The notes under the pieces: model-generated
Database searches by the model: none
What the model was told of the DNA's origin: nothing
Seen by the model: only the letters and a program-made list of their open reading frames with translations
Position numbers and translations under genes: made by a program
Assembly (NCBI GenBank): GCA_045567915.1
Contig: JBJLCA010000039.1
Location: forward strand, 1,879-65,878
Reading direction: 5' to 3'
DNA from: Candidatus Poseidoniales archaeon
GTDB taxonomy: Archaea > Thermoplasmatota > Poseidoniia > MGIII > CG-Epi1
Length of the DNA: 64,000 bases
Shown: positions 51,508-62,192 of the stretch, in pieces
Layout: each line of letters opens with the position of its first letter
Numbering within the stretch: the first letter of the stretch is position 1

Positions 51508-51656
51508 TGGACTGGTTAATTGAACAAATGGAAGATCCTGATAAACGGGTTCGCTTATTCAAAACAATGGCAGTTATTTCCCAAGGTATGGTAGTTTTGG
51601 GTGTTGCCATATTCATATGGATTTTCAGGCATCAACTTACGGAATTACTTAGTTAA
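51507..51656 (+). CDS. 49-aa single-TM microprotein coupled to atpD (not in ORF track)
   Basis: TAATG stop/start overlap with atp[50 protein letters not shown]; fills the gap exactly. Confidence 0.75.
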   Translation: MDWLIEQMEDPDKRVRLFKTMAVISQGMVVLGVAIFIWIFRHQLTELLS

Positions 51657-51801
51657 ATTTAGTATATCCGCATTTTCCACAAGATACTCTGTCCTTGTGC
51701 ACTGCTAAAAATACACCAGGGCCGCAGTCTTCTTTAGGACAAAATTGTTTTTTGCGTACTAACTTTCCGTCAGTTACTTCATACTGTTTAATTTTACTCA
51801 T
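51649..51801 (-). CDS. rps27ae: 30S ribosomal protein S27ae (not in ORF track)
   Basis: [50 protein letters not shown]; follows rps24e. Confidence 0.96.
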   Translation of the reverse strand: MSKIKQYEVTDGKLVRKKQFCPKEDCGPGVFLAVHKDRVSCGKCGYTKFN

Positions 51802-52174
51802 CCGTTTTTTCTCCTTCATCGGTAGAAGATTCTTCTACAGGTGCCTCTTCAGAAGGGGCAGCTTCTTCAGCCTTCTTTTCACCTGAGTGTGAGTCTATGT
51901 CCTTATGTCTGTCCATTGAAGGTTTAGTTTCTATTCTTGTTAAAGATTCTTTATCTGAATAAACTTTAGCATATCCATGAGTCTCTGTTTTCCCATAAGC
52001 ATTCTTTAAGTGATCGATAATGACTAATTCTCTGTTTGCCTTTAGTTGCTCAGCTAAGTTTTTGATAACTTGGTTTCTTCTAGGCGTGGAGTCTTCATTA
52101 TGCTTAATGACTACTTTAATTTCCTGTCTGCTTAGCAGAGGATTATCGTTTTGCTCGGTTATTTCTAATTCCAT
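51794..52174 (-). CDS. rps24e: 30S ribosomal protein S24e
   Basis: [18 protein letters not shown]; acidic C-terminal tail. Confidence 0.96.
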   Translation of the reverse strand: MELEITEQNDNPLLSRQEIKVVIKHNEDSTPRRNQVIKNLAEQLKANRELVIIDHLKNAYGKTETHGYAKVYSDKESLTRIETKPSMDRHKDIDSHSGEKKAEEAAPSEEAPVEESSTDEGEKTDE

Positions 52175-52675
52175 TTATTTCACCAACATTCTTTCAAGAA
52201 GCTTATTGGTCCTCTCTTTTGTTTGTTGACTGACGTCAACTACTACCATACCTTTGTCGGGCATCCCATAAATTACCTTCGCTCCAATTTTACAGTGTTT
52301 AATCGCAGGCAATGTGGCTAAATCCTCTTCCCCTAATACTATAATTCGAGTTTTTTCATGACTATTAACGGCTTTTTCTATTTCCAAGTACAGTTCTTCA
52401 GATATAGTTCCAGCTTTATTGTCTATTTTAACAGTTTTACAATTTATGTTATCGATTACACTTTTTTGTTCATTAGTCAATTCGATATTCCGTTTTGTTT
52501 TATAGTCTACAATCATTAAATCCGGAATACGTATTTCTTCAATAATTTTTATTGTACATATGTCTCCAATAGTCGCTATAAAATCAGATTTTTCTAAAAA
52601 TGGAGGGGAACTTGTATAAATTTTTGATTTGGTTTGCTTTAATTCCTGAGCCATTTCAGGCTTTAGAACGTACAT
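52175..52675 (-). CDS. GTP-dependent dephospho-CoA kinase (DUF359)
   Basis: IGD, VDYKTKR, NKAGTI, GEEDLATLP, YGMPDKG; conserved spt4-DUF359-rps24e context. Confidence 0.9.
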   Translation of the reverse strand: MYVLKPEMAQELKQTKSKIYTSSPPFLEKSDFIATIGDICTIKIIEEIRIPDLMIVDYKTKRNIELTNEQKSVIDNINCKTVKIDNKAGTISEELYLEIEKAVNSHEKTRIIVLGEEDLATLPAIKHCKIGAKVIYGMPDKGMVVVDVSQQTKERTNKLLERMLVK

Positions 52676-52861
52676 TTAGCGAACACGTAGGGCATAGCGC
52701 CCAGGTGTTTTGATTCCCATTTCTTTAGCTAAAGATGATTTTTCTGGATTCAAGATCTCTACGAAACCCTGCCATTCCCTTGATATTTCAGATTCTGGAC
52801 ATCTTGGACAATTGCTTTCCTCAAGAATCATATGACATTCTTTACAAGCAAAATCAGCCAT
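52676..52861 (-). CDS. spt4: Transcription elongation factor Spt4 (RpoE2)
   Basis: ACKECH, CPRC, WQG, PGRYALRVR. Confidence 0.96.
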   Translation of the reverse strand: MADFACKECHMILEESNCPRCPESEISREWQGFVEILNPEKSSLAKEMGIKTPGRYALRVR

Positions 52862-53427
52862 TATTCACCGCCAGCGGCTGCCTTATCTTGATCTTCGGCT
52901 ATCCACTCGTGTTTACCTAATCCAGGCTGTCGCATTGTTAAACCTATCTTAGATTCACGTGGTGAAATTTCGTTTATTGAAACAGTTACAATTCTTGCTC
53001 TAACCTTATCTCCGACTCTCAACTCTCTTTTAGTTTCCTTGCCTACTAATCTTTGATTACCAACATCTGTGTTGATGTGATCATCTTGTACTTGTGAAAC
53101 ATGCAATAGTCCATCTAATGGTCCAAATCTTACAAATGCACCATACTCAGTTATTTGGTCGACGACACCTTCAACAACTTCTTGAACTTTAATGTCGAAA
53201 AGAAGCATATCCATTCTAACTGGCTGATATACAGCTCCATCTCCATGAACTACACGACTGTCTCCAGTTAGCTTTAGATTAGTAATGAGGACAACTAATT
53301 TTTGGTCTGGCCCCATTCTTCCTTCGAATGCTTGATGGGCTAGTTCCATCGTCACTTTTTCTATATCTTCATTTAAGCGATCTGGAGGAATTCGAACCAT
53401 GTCGTCTCTTGTATGTAAGTAATACAT
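52861..53427 (-). CDS. rpoE1: DNA-directed RNA polymerase subunit E1 (Rpo7)
   Basis: [35 protein letters not shown]. Confidence 0.97.
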   Translation of the reverse strand: MYYLHTRDDMVRIPPDRLNEDIEKVTMELAHQAFEGRMGPDQKLVVLITNLKLTGDSRVVHGDGAVYQPVRMDMLLFDIKVQEVVEGVVDQITEYGAFVRFGPLDGLLHVSQVQDDHINTDVGNQRLVGKETKRELRVGDKVRARIVTVSINEISPRESKIGLTMRQPGLGKHEWIAEDQDKAAAGGE

Positions 53428-53464
53428 TATTTTTTCTCAGTAGACCCCACTATAAACGGACTTC

Positions 53465-55552
53465 TCAAAGTCCTGCCAGAACTAAACTAACTACAGACAT
53501 TAATTTAATTAAAATATTGAGACTTGGTCCTGCAGTGTCTTTGAATGGATCACCAACGGTATCTCCAACTACAGCTGCCTTATGTGAATCAGACCCCTTA
53601 CCGCCGTGTGCGCCACCTTCTATGTGTTTCTTTGCGTTGTCCCATGCGCCACCAGAGTTTGACATGAAAATAGCCATCAAAACACCTGAAACTGTTACTC
53701 CTGCAAGAACTCCAGCAAGCATTTGCATTCCATCATCATCACTTAGAATTCCTGTAGTTGGTAAAACTATAGCAAATATTACTGGTGTTGAAATAGCTAA
53801 TAGACCTGGTGCAACCATTTTCTTGATTGCAGCCTGAGTTGAAATATCAACACACTTAGCAAAATCAGCTTCTGCTTTACCGTCCAGGAGTCCTTCAATT
53901 TCTCTAAATTGCCTTCTAACTTCTTCAATCATTTCGAAAGCAGCTTCGCCTACAGCTTGCATCGAGAATGCAGCAAAAACAAATGGTAGCATTCCTCCAA
54001 TGAAAAGACCAGCTAATACTTTCGGATTAAGTATATCAACTTCAGTTATTCCAGCTTGTGTAGTAAAAGCAGCGAAAAGGACTAATGCCGTTAGTGCAGC
54101 TGAACCTATCGCGAAACCTTTTCCGATTGCAGCAGTAGTATTTCCTACCGCATCTAGTTTATCGGTTCTCTCTCTTACGATTGGTTCTAGTCCAGTCATC
54201 TCAGCAATTCCACCTGCATTATCTGCAATAGGTCCATATGCATCAACTGCAAGTTGAATTCCAATTGTAGACAGCATTCCAAGTGCAGCTATTCCAATTC
54301 CATACAAGTGTGCCACTTCATATGAGATTAACATAGCTAAGGCGATGGTAATTACTGGGAAAGCTGTAGAAATCATTCCCATTCCTAATCCTGAAATAAT
54401 ATTTGTTGCTGAACCAGTTTCCGAGGCTTTAGAAATCTCATGTACCGGACCATATTCATCAGAAGTATAGTATTCAGCAAGTAATCCAATTATAATTCCG
54501 GAAGCAACTCCTGCCAATGTAGCAAAGAATAAATCTAGAGTTTGTAGCATATCTACTTCTTCGGTTCCATCAGTATTAGTTCCTACAACCCATTTCAATC
54601 CCTCTTCAGGTAGCATATTGTCAATAACAAGGTATGAAGCTGCTAACATCATTCCAGCAGCACCGAAATGGCCTGCATTGAGTGCCTTTTGTGGATTTCC
54701 ACCCTCTTGTGTTCTAACAAGGAATGTACCAATAATGGATACAAAAATACCAACAGCAGCTAATGTTAGCGGTAATTGAACCAAATCTGGTTGATTTTGA
54801 GCTGCAGCTAAAACCATAGCTCCAATAATAACACCTACGAAAGATTCAAACAAATCAGCCCCCATTCCAGCAACATCACCAACATTATCACCTACGTTGT
54901 CAGCAATAGTAGCAGGATTTCTTGGATCATCTTCAGGGATTCCAGCTTCCACTTTACCAACAAGGTCAGCACCTACATCTGCGGCCTTTGTGTAGATTCC
55001 TCCACCCACTCTAGCGAAAAGAGCAATAGATGAAGCCCCTAGTGAAAACCCGGCCATTACAGACAGTCTATCTTCTAAATTTTCGAAACTACTTTCTAAA
55101 CCTATGTAAAGTAATGATAGCCCCATAACACCAAGTCCAGCTACACACATCCCCATTACAGCTCCACCAGAAAATGCCACACTCAAAGCATCGTTTAGAC
55201 TTGTTCTTGCAGCGTTAGTAGTTCGGCTGTTAGAAGCTGTAGCTGCCCACATTCCGATAAATCCCGCTAATCCTGAGCAAAGAGCTCCGAAAACGAATGC
55301 CAAGGCGATGATTCCTTGGCCTTTAGAGTTGTAACCTAGAAATAATAATACAGCTACAACTAAAACAAAAATAGACAGTACCCTGTATTCCCTGTTAAGG
55401 AAAGCCATAGCTCCGTCCCTTATATGCCCAGCAATTTTTGCTATTTCTTCAGTTCCTTGGCTTTGACTTTCTACCCATCTTAATTTCCAAAAAGCGAAAC
55501 CAAGTGCTGAAAGCCATGCAACAATCCACAAAATCATTATGTTTTGATCCAT
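53465..55552 (-). CDS. hppA: Membrane-bound K+-dependent (likely Na+-translocating) pyrophosphatase
   Basis: [34 protein letters not shown] (Ala = K+-dependent type), [10 protein letters not shown]. Confidence 0.96.
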   Translation of the reverse strand: MDQNIMILWIVAWLSALGFAFWKLRWVESQSQGTEEIAKIAGHIRDGAMAFLNREYRVLSIFVLVVAVLLFLGYNSKGQGIIALAFVFGALCSGLAGFIGMWAATASNSRTTNAARTSLNDALSVAFSGGAVMGMCVAGLGVMGLSLLYIGLESSFENLEDRLSVMAGFSLGASSIALFARVGGGIYTKAADVGADLVGKVEAGIPEDDPRNPATIADNVGDNVGDVAGMGADLFESFVGVIIGAMVLAAAQNQPDLVQLPLTLAAVGIFVSIIGTFLVRTQEGGNPQKALNAGHFGAAGMMLAASYLVIDNMLPEEGLKWVVGTNTDGTEEVDMLQTLDLFFATLAGVASGIIIGLLAEYYTSDEYGPVHEISKASETGSATNIISGLGMGMISTAFPVITIALAMLISYEVAHLYGIGIAALGMLSTIGIQLAVDAYGPIADNAGGIAEMTGLEPIVRERTDKLDAVGNTTAAIGKGFAIGSAALTALVLFAAFTTQAGITEVDILNPKVLAGLFIGGMLPFVFAAFSMQAVGEAAFEMIEEVRRQFREIEGLLDGKAEADFAKCVDISTQAAIKKMVAPGLLAISTPVIFAIVLPTTGILSDDDGMQMLAGVLAGVTVSGVLMAIFMSNSGGAWDNAKKHIEGGAHGGKGSDSHKAAVVGDTVGDPFKDTAGPSLNILIKLMSVVSLVLAGL

Positions 55553-55635
55553 TATTTCTCCTTGTTTAGTTAAACTTTACAGTTAAACATAAACTATTTT
55601 TCGATTTTAGTACTCTATATAAGATTGTTGTACAG

Positions 55636-55836
55636 TTAATCGGATTTACTGTATACCACAAATCTGCCAATAAATGCAAAACCTAAAAGTACAACAAGAA
55701 CAGAATATATTCCAATATCCCACCATACTCCAAACTTCAACCCCCAACCAATCCAAAATAGTAGAGCTATTGGAATCAATGAGAAGTAGAACCCTTTCGT
55801 CATTTTCTCTTGTTCGGGTAAGTTTTCTAAGTTCAA
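55636..55836 (-). CDS. Small two-TM hypothetical membrane protein
   Basis: 66 aa, two hydrophobic segments, WWDIGIYS loop; 4-nt overlap with the PRC-barrel gene. Confidence 0.65.
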   Translation of the reverse strand: MNLENLPEQEKMTKGFYFSLIPIALLFWIGWGLKFGVWWDIGIYSVLVVLLGFAFIGRFVVYSKSD

Positions 55837-56066
55837 ATTTTCACCATCACCATGTCCTTTACTGAACGCACCGTCTCAAAGGGAATATTTAACATATTGT
55901 CTGAATTTACTTGAAAACCTTCAGGAATTTCTCCATCCGAAGAAATTACAAGTGTTTTTAGCTCTCCAGAGGTAGAATCAAGGATGACGTTGGATATAAA
56001 TCCTAACCTTTCACCTGAAACTGTAGTTACTTGCTTATCTTTTAAGTCTGATAGTCTTATTTCCAT
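55833..56066 (-). CDS. PRC-barrel domain protein (CdpB-like)
   Basis: LSDLKDKQVTTVSGERLGFISNVILD...IPFETVRSVKDMVMV; ATG 56066 one base after the cdc48 stop. Confidence 0.88.
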   Translation of the reverse strand: MEIRLSDLKDKQVTTVSGERLGFISNVILDSTSGELKTLVISSDGEIPEGFQVNSDNMLNIPFETVRSVKDMVMVKI

Positions 56067-56067
56067 A

Positions 56068-58296
56068 TTACATGTAGAGGTCGTCTTCACTACGCTTTTG
56101 TTTGCGTACTGTGCGGGTTCTCAGTTTCTTTCCTAGCTCTGCGTAGTATTTTACAGTATCCTCGGTCACTGAAGGTGTGACTTCTTCAAGTGCAGCATCA
56201 AAATGTTTAGAAGTTACTTTTTTAGCTTCATCATCTTCTCTTAGGGCCAATATTGCAGCTTCTCTAACTACCCCTTCGATATCTGCACCAGTATAACCAA
56301 CCATTTTGGCGGCTATCTTGTCCAAATCCACTTTTTTCAAGGGCATATTGCGTGTGTGTATGCCAAGAATCATTTTTCTTGCCTCTTCATCAGGCTCGTT
56401 TACCAATAGCATTCTATCGAATCTTCCTGGCCTTAACAATGCAGGATCTATAATTTCAGGTCTGTTAGTAGCTCCAATAATTATCACCCCTTCTAAATTT
56501 TCAAGACCATCCATACTTGTTAGCAACTGATCGACTAATCTATCACTAACTTTATTTTCACTTCCTCCAGTTCTAGCGGGAGCAAGAGCATCTAATTCGT
56601 CTAAAAATATAATACATGGAGAAACTTGTTTGGCTTTTCTAAATACTTCTCTTAATTTTTTCTCCGATTCCCCAACCCATTTGGACATTACTTCAGGGCC
56701 TTTAATGGCAATGAAATTGGCAGAGGACTCAGTAGCTACAGCTCTCGCAATCAATGTTTTTCCAGTTCCTGGTGGGCCATAAAGTACCATTCCTCTTGGT
56801 GGTGTAATTCCTAATCTTTCAAAGCCTTCTGGATTTGTAAGAGGCCATTCTACCGTTTCCTTTAGTTTCTGTTTGACTTCATCAAGTCCGCCTACTTGAT
56901 CCCATTTAGTTTTGGGAATTTCTACCATTACTTCTCTCAATGCTGAAGGTTCAACGTCTTTCAGAGCTTCCTTAAAGTCTCCTTGCTGTACTTCCATTTC
57001 CTGAAGCAATTTACTTGGAATCGGTTCATCTAGGTCAATTTCTGGTAAATATCTTCTTAGGGCACTCATTGCAGCTTCTCTTGCCAAAGCCGCCAAATCT
57101 GCGCCCACAAAGCCATGTGTTATCTCAGCAAAATGATCTAGCTCTTTCCAGTGACCTTCTTTGTTTCTTTTGATAGGCATTCCTCTAGTGTGAACTTGAA
57201 GGACCTCTCTTCTTCCTTCTCTGTCAGGAATTCCTATTTCGATTTCACGATCGAATCTACCTGGCCTTCGCAAAGCTTGATCGATAGCATCTGGACGATT
57301 GGTTGCAGCAATTACAATCACCTGGCCTCTTGCTTGTAATCCATCCATAAGCGTTAGAAGCTGAGCTACAACGCGTCTTTCGACCTCGCCCTGTGTTTCA
57401 TCACGTTTTGAAGCTATAGAATCAATCTCATCGATGAATATAATGGAGGGTGAATTGGTTTCAGCTTCTTCAAACTTTTGTCTCAGATGGGCTTCAGATT
57501 CTCCATAATATTTATTCATGATTTCAGGACCTTGAATCGATAAGAAATTAGCTCCAGACTCGTTAGCAACAGCTTTTGCTAACAAGGTTTTACCAGTTCC
57601 AGGAGGTCCGTATAGTAAAACTCCTTTTGGTGGATCTATCCCCAATGCCTCGAACAGTTCAGGATGTTTAAGTGGTAACTCAATCATTTCCCTCACCTTC
57701 TTAATTTCTTCTTTTAATCCACCTATATCTTCGTAAACAACTCCTGTCGTAGTTAGTTCTTCTTCCTTTACTGGGTCTTCGTGGACTTGAATAACAGTGT
57801 CAGCTTGGATTTGTATAATTCCCTTAGGCTGAACAACAGTAACTGCAAAGGGTAATCTTCCCCCCATCAAAGTTAATCCCGGTACAATTACTACATCACC
57901 TTTTGTTAATGGACGTCTGTTAAGTCCACGTAATATTACTTCTTCAATTCCAGGCCCAAATTGAACGCGCCCAGATTGATCCATCATTGGTGCTAGAACT
58001 ACTTTCTGTGCAGGCTTAACTTTAGCCTTTTTTACTTCAACTTTATCGCCAAGATTTACTTTGGCATTATTTCGAATTAATCCATCTACTCTGATAATTC
58101 CCTTGCCTTCGTCTTCAGTTCTAGCTCTCCAAACTATTGCTACAGTTGGATCTCTTCTTCTCCCATGTATTTCTACAATGTCACCAATAGATAATCCTAA
58201 TTCGTTGCGTGTAACAGTGTCAAGTCTTCCTCTCCCGTATCCAACTTCGTCCTGTAAAGCTTCAGCAACTTTTAGGGTTATAGATTCTTCTCCCAT
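56068..58296 (-). CDS. cdc48: Cdc48/VAT AAA+ ATPase
   Basis: Double-psi N domain, two AAA modules (GPPGTGKT twice, RPGRFDR twice), C-terminal LYM. Confidence 0.97.
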   Translation of the reverse strand: MGEESITLKVAEALQDEVGYGRGRLDTVTRNELGLSIGDIVEIHGRRRDPTVAIVWRARTEDEGKGIIRVDGLIRNNAKVNLGDKVEVKKAKVKPAQKVVLAPMMDQSGRVQFGPGIEEVILRGLNRRPLTKGDVVIVPGLTLMGGRLPFAVTVVQPKGIIQIQADTVIQVHEDPVKEEELTTTGVVYEDIGGLKEEIKKVREMIELPLKHPELFEALGIDPPKGVLLYGPPGTGKTLLAKAVANESGANFLSIQGPEIMNKYYGESEAHLRQKFEEAETNSPSIIFIDEIDSIASKRDETQGEVERRVVAQLLTLMDGLQARGQVIVIAATNRPDAIDQALRRPGRFDREIEIGIPDREGRREVLQVHTRGMPIKRNKEGHWKELDHFAEITHGFVGADLAALAREAAMSALRRYLPEIDLDEPIPSKLLQEMEVQQGDFKEALKDVEPSALREVMVEIPKTKWDQVGGLDEVKQKLKETVEWPLTNPEGFERLGITPPRGMVLYGPPGTGKTLIARAVATESSANFIAIKGPEVMSKWVGESEKKLREVFRKAKQVSPCIIFLDELDALAPARTGGSENKVSDRLVDQLLTSMDGLENLEGVIIIGATNRPEIIDPALLRPGRFDRMLLVNEPDEEARKMILGIHTRNMPLKKVDLDKIAAKMVGYTGADIEGVVREAAILALREDDEAKKVTSKHFDAALEEVTPSVTEDTVKYYAELGKKLRTRTVRKQKRSEDDLYM

Positions 58297-58339
58297 GGAC
58301 TTAATGCAATCTTTGGGTTCAAATAACTAATGGTGGTTA

Positions 58340-60721
58340 TTACTCTTTATTTCGGATGCGATTTCCAACGATTAGCATAACAGATGCAATTGGCATAAGA
58401 AGTGTTGAAAACTCAGGTATTGCTGTTGCAGTAGTAACATCATCAGCACCATTTCCTCCATTAGGATTGTTCACTGTAATCCATTGATTCCCGAAAGCAT
58501 CAGCTCCTACATCCGTTGAAATTGCAGAAAATAAGTCACCTGAAACATAAGTAAAACCAAAATCGGCCTTGTCACATGCTATTTCGACACCACTAAATCC
58601 AACCTGGCCCCCGTCGTTAACTCTAACGTGTGATGATCCAGCAAAATTACTAGGCGTCCATGCAGTGTCTACAGAGCTCCATTCTGTCACATACCCCCAG
58701 TTAGCAGAGCCAACTCTTTTTGTGTGACATACAGCTTCATATGTCTGCCCAGTGTTACTAACATCGTCTATTAAAACACCAAAAGTAGCAGTTGATAAAT
58801 CTGCGTTAGCTTCTGTTCCAATTTGGAAAAATAAGTGGTCAGAATCTACGGCCCATTTTACTGTCAAAATTTCTAAATCTGAATCGACTCCATCATCTCC
58901 GTCATTTACTAAAGTGTTCCAGGTGGACGGCCAAGTGAATGAACTTTTAGCCCCATCTTCACCTTCAGTAGGCAGGGTAACTTTGTTGTAAATTTCAGCT
59001 TCAACTTCATCTACTTTATTACTCCATGATTTTATGTAAATGTAATAATTACCAGTAGCTCCGAATATTTCAATTTCCTTGTCATTGTTTGCAGATTCTG
59101 TATCTATTCCTTCGTCCCAAGCTGGAGTTTCTAAGAAGGGAAGCCAAGACTTCATCACACTTGAATCAATAATGCCATAATTTCCTACAATTTCTATCAT
59201 TTTTTCAGCACCAATTCCACCAACAATAAAACCAGTTTCAGCGTTATAGTCGGTATCTATCATGACAAAAATGTGGTCTTTATTTGACAATATTGGTTTA
59301 TTAAATTTGATTTCTTCAAGTCCGCCTTCCAATGTAACGTCAAATCCGCCTTCATTTCCTTTACTCTGGGCTGAATTTGATGTAAATGAGGTTCCATTTA
59401 GTATATTTCCTTCAGTGTTGATGTAATAGAATGTTTCGTCAGTTTTATCAGTAAAATTAGCAAACCTAAGTATGTCTATGTTATCTTCAATATTATTGTC
59501 GTTAGAATCTGCTTTATACTGGTCTACCGAGTTCCAGTCATTGAATTCACCATCAATAGTAATTCCATCTAAATCACCTTTACGGTAAGAATTTGAAACA
59601 TCTCTTCTAGACTTTACGTTTTCATTGTAATCGTACTCATTTCTAGATAAATCAATAACATTGGTTTTATCCATATTTCCTGATGAATCTGAAGCCGTAA
59701 TTAGATATCTCAATCCTTCGCCGGCATTAATTCCGACATCGAAATTTGCTATTTGAAGTTCAAGGGCAGTTGATATTCCCTTGGCGCTTGTTGAATTTGC
59801 TTCAATATTTGTTAAGCTAAAGAATCCATTCCAATCGCTATTGTCTCTGGAATCATCAAAGCTGTACAGCATTGCAGACGAAATAGTACCTGTACTCTCA
59901 CCATAGATTTCTACCATGTGATCTGCACCCAGTCCAGGGTAGAAATATCCACTATTTTGGTTATTGTCGCTGTCAATAAGAATTCTAACTGTAGTTCCAT
60001 CCGAAGATGTGAACATAGGTTCTTTAGTTTTCACCAAAAATGAGGTGTATACATTATCAATTGTAATTCCAGTTTCTATTATGTCAATGTTACCATTAAT
60101 TGAATCATCAGTTCCATCAAGTACAGTTTCGGTACCTGCCCAATCTTCAAAGCTGCCATCAATACTAACAGTTCCCTTTGATTCACCATCTTCCAGCATG
60201 TAATAAATACAACCGCCGCCGATTAGTAATGATAAAAATATAGCAACAGCAGAAGTTCTTGCAATATTACTTGCTCCCTCTAGTTCTATGTGAGAGTATC
60301 CTCCTAAGCCTCCCTTACTCTGTAACCCACTTCCATTAATTAATCCATTACCGTTAGTTAATCCGTTACCATTAGTTAATCCGTTACCGTTAGTTAATCC
60401 ATTACCATTAGTTAGTCCGTTACCGTTAGTTAATCCATTACCATTGGTTAATCCATTACCATTGGTTAATCCGTTTCCGTTGGTTAATCCATTACCGTTA
60501 GTTAGTCCGTTACCGTTAGTTAGTCCGTTACCGTTAGTTAACCCATTACCATTGGTTAATCCGTTTCCGTTGGTTAATCCATTACCGTTAGTTAATCCAT
60601 TACCGTTAGTTAATCCGTTTCCGTTAGTTAGTCCGTTACCGTTAGTTAATCCGTTACCGTTTGTCAATCCTTTACCATGCTTCAGATTTTCGTCTTTATT
60701 TACGATTTTCTTGTCGGACAT
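58340..60721 (-). CDS. Surface protein with N-terminal (GLTNGN)n tract, TM helix, repeated extracellular beta domains and PEF-CTERM-like sorting signal
   Basis: 18 GLTNGN units, TM SAVAIFLSLLIGGGCIYYML, duplicated IDGxFxDW domains, C-terminal IPEF-hydrophobic-RIRNKE. Confidence 0.85.
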   Translation of the reverse strand: MSDKKIVNKDENLKHGKGLTNGNGLTNGNGLTNGNGLTNGNGLTNGNGLTNGNGLTNGNGLTNGNGLTNGNGLTNGNGLTNGNGLTNGNGLTNGNGLTNGNGLTNGNGLTNGNGLTNGNGLTNGNGLINGSGLQSKGGLGGYSHIELEGASNIARTSAVAIFLSLLIGGGCIYYMLEDGESKGTVSIDGSFEDWAGTETVLDGTDDSINGNIDIIETGITIDNVYTSFLVKTKEPMFTSSDGTTVRILIDSDNNQNSGYFYPGLGADHMVEIYGESTGTISSAMLYSFDDSRDNSDWNGFFSLTNIEANSTSAKGISTALELQIANFDVGINAGEGLRYLITASDSSGNMDKTNVIDLSRNEYDYNENVKSRRDVSNSYRKGDLDGITIDGEFNDWNSVDQYKADSNDNNIEDNIDILRFANFTDKTDETFYYINTEGNILNGTSFTSNSAQSKGNEGGFDVTLEGGLEEIKFNKPILSNKDHIFVMIDTDYNAETGFIVGGIGAEKMIEIVGNYGIIDSSVMKSWLPFLETPAWDEGIDTESANNDKEIEIFGATGNYYIYIKSWSNKVDEVEAEIYNKVTLPTEGEDGAKSSFTWPSTWNTLVNDGDDGVDSDLEILTVKWAVDSDHLFFQIGTEANADLSTATFGVLIDDVSNTGQTYEAVCHTKRVGSANWGYVTEWSSVDTAWTPSNFAGSSHVRVNDGGQVGFSGVEIACDKADFGFTYVSGDLFSAISTDVGADAFGNQWITVNNPNGGNGADDVTTATAIPEFSTLLMPIASVMLIVGNRIRNKE
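60329..60670 (-). repeat. Coding 18-bp tandem repeat, 18 units encoding GLTNGN plus one GLINGS
   Basis: Units such as GGATTAACTAACGGTAAT, GGACTAACTAACGGTAAC and GGATTAACCAACGGAAAC read directly; 324 bp = 18 x 18. Confidence 0.97.
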
Positions 60722-60770
60722 GCTTTCCTTTCGTAGGTAGACCTTATTTAAAATTAACCTTTGTTTTATA

Positions 60771-60847
60771 TGGCGGGCACGGAGGGATTTGAACCCCCGA
60801 CCTGCTGCTTAGGAGGCAGCCGCCATTCCTGGCTAGGCCACGTGCCC
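60771..60847 (-). tRNA. tRNA-Arg(CCT)
   Basis: Acceptor GGGCACG/CGTGCCC; anticodon arm GCTGC-CT-CCT-AA-GCAGC; encoded CCA. Confidence 0.96.
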
Positions 60848-60853
60848 TAAAAG

Positions 60854-61237
60854 TTATGTTTTATTTGGATATTTTTCTTTTTTCATAGTCTCGTCAACTT
60901 TTTTCTCTTCATAAAATTTGCCGAGTGTAGGTGATTCCACTTGTTTCAATTTACCAATCATCTTAGAGCTTTCTAGCATTTGAGGTATAGGTCTATCCTT
61001 CAACATTTCTAAATGTTTAGGTTTTATTTCATTATCAATATAGTTATTTCTATCTATGTCAGGAAGATTAATTTTTTCTACTAAATTGCTAGGGAATTTA
61101 CCTAGCTCAAAGGCTTCAATATTTGTTAATACTTTTCCATCTTTGACTGATGTAATACTTTTTTCATCAGGTAAAGGGTCATTGTCTATGGCACTTTTTT
61201 TTATAAATTTATTCGCTTTATGTTTGTTAAATTCCAT
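60854..61237 (-). CDS. Hypothetical soluble Lys-rich protein
   Basis: 127-aa ORF, AGGT SD upstream of ATG, fills the gap between meaB and tRNA-Arg; no family recognised. Confidence 0.6.
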   Translation of the reverse strand: MEFNKHKANKFIKKSAIDNDPLPDEKSITSVKDGKVLTNIEAFELGKFPSNLVEKINLPDIDRNNYIDNEIKPKHLEMLKDRPIPQMLESSKMIGKLKQVESPTLGKFYEEKKVDETMKKEKYPNKT

Positions 61238-61265
61238 ATTACCTATTCCGTATGAGATGCTAATG

Positions 61266-62192
61266 CTATTCCTTTATTATGTTATCTACTGCAGTAAACG
61301 GATCTATTTTTCGGTTTAAAACATCGTTTGATGTTTTTGCTATTTCATCATCCCCAATTTCGATAATCTTCTTAGTAAATAATTTTTGACTAATTTGATT
61401 TTCTAGTTCATACTTTAATTTTTCTAGTCTTTTTGCTAAAAATTTCTCTTTACCTAAATATTCTTGATGTTTTTCTATATTTTGCCACAATTCATCTATT
61501 CCCTCGCCTGATGTTGCAGTAGTTGGCACAATTGGTGCTTTCCATCCTTTCTGCTCGCCAAGTGACAGCATCATTTGTAATTCTCTTGCTAGTCTATCAG
61601 AGCCAGGTCTATCACTTTTGTTGACCACAAGAACATCTCCAATTTCTAATATTCCTGCCTTTTGAGCTTGTACTTCATCACCCAATCCAGGTACTTCTAC
61701 AACAATAGTAGTATCAGAGATTTTTACAATTTCAACATCTCCTTGTCCGGCTCCGACAGTTTCAACGAGAGTAAAATCATTTCCAAGGAGTTCAACAGCG
61801 TTAATCAACAACCTTGTAGTTGCAGCTAGGCCACCTAAATGCCCTCGACTTGCAACAGATCGAATAAAAATCCCAGACGTCTGGGCACCTGACATTCTAA
61901 GCCTATCGCCCAATACTGCGCCGCCTGAAAACGGGCTAGTTGGGTCTACAGCTAAAATCCCTACACTTTTCCCTTTTTTTGCCAAAAATTTAGCTAAAGA
62001 ATCAACAATTGTTGATTTTCCGGCACCAGGTGGACCTGTTATTCCTATAATGTAAGATTTACCTGTATTTATCCAAATTTTTTTGAGGATATATTCAGCT
62101 ATTGGATCTTCATTCTCAATTAATGTTATCAATCTAGCAACTGCACGGGTATCTGCTTTCTTTAATTTTTCTAAAAGTCGCTTTTTATTCAA
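61266..62192 (-). CDS. meaB: Methylmalonyl-CoA mutase-associated GTPase MeaB
   Basis: [43 protein letters not shown]. Confidence 0.96.
   Translation of the reverse strand: MNKKRLLEKLKKADTRAVARLITLIENEDPIAEYILKKIWINTGKSYIIGITGPPGAGKSTIVDSLAKFLAKKGKSVGILAVDPTSPFSGGAVLGDRLRMSGAQTSGIFIRSVASRGHLGGLAATTRLLINAVELLGNDFTLVETVGAGQGDVEIVKISDTTIVVEVPGLGDEVQAQKAGILEIGDVLVVNKSDRPGSDRLARELQMMLSLGEQKGWKAPIVPTTATSGEGIDELWQNIEKHQEYLGKEKFLAKRLEKLKYELENQISQKLFTKKIIEIGDDEIAKTSNDVLNRKIDPFTAVDNIIKE

Noticed and set aside
58315..58324. GGGTTCAAAT resembling a tRNA T-loop as an att site bounding an island at tRNA-Arg
   Set aside because: Only 10 nt, opposite orientation to the tRNA, and no integrase in the window
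60329..60670. 18-bp tandem repeat as a CRISPR array or iteron set
   Set aside because: No unique spacers; variation is confined to synonymous codon positions of an open frame
60444..60740. Plus-strand ORF with LVNPLP repeats
   Set aside because: Antisense shadow of the GLTNGN tract; non-synonymous variation falls in this frame
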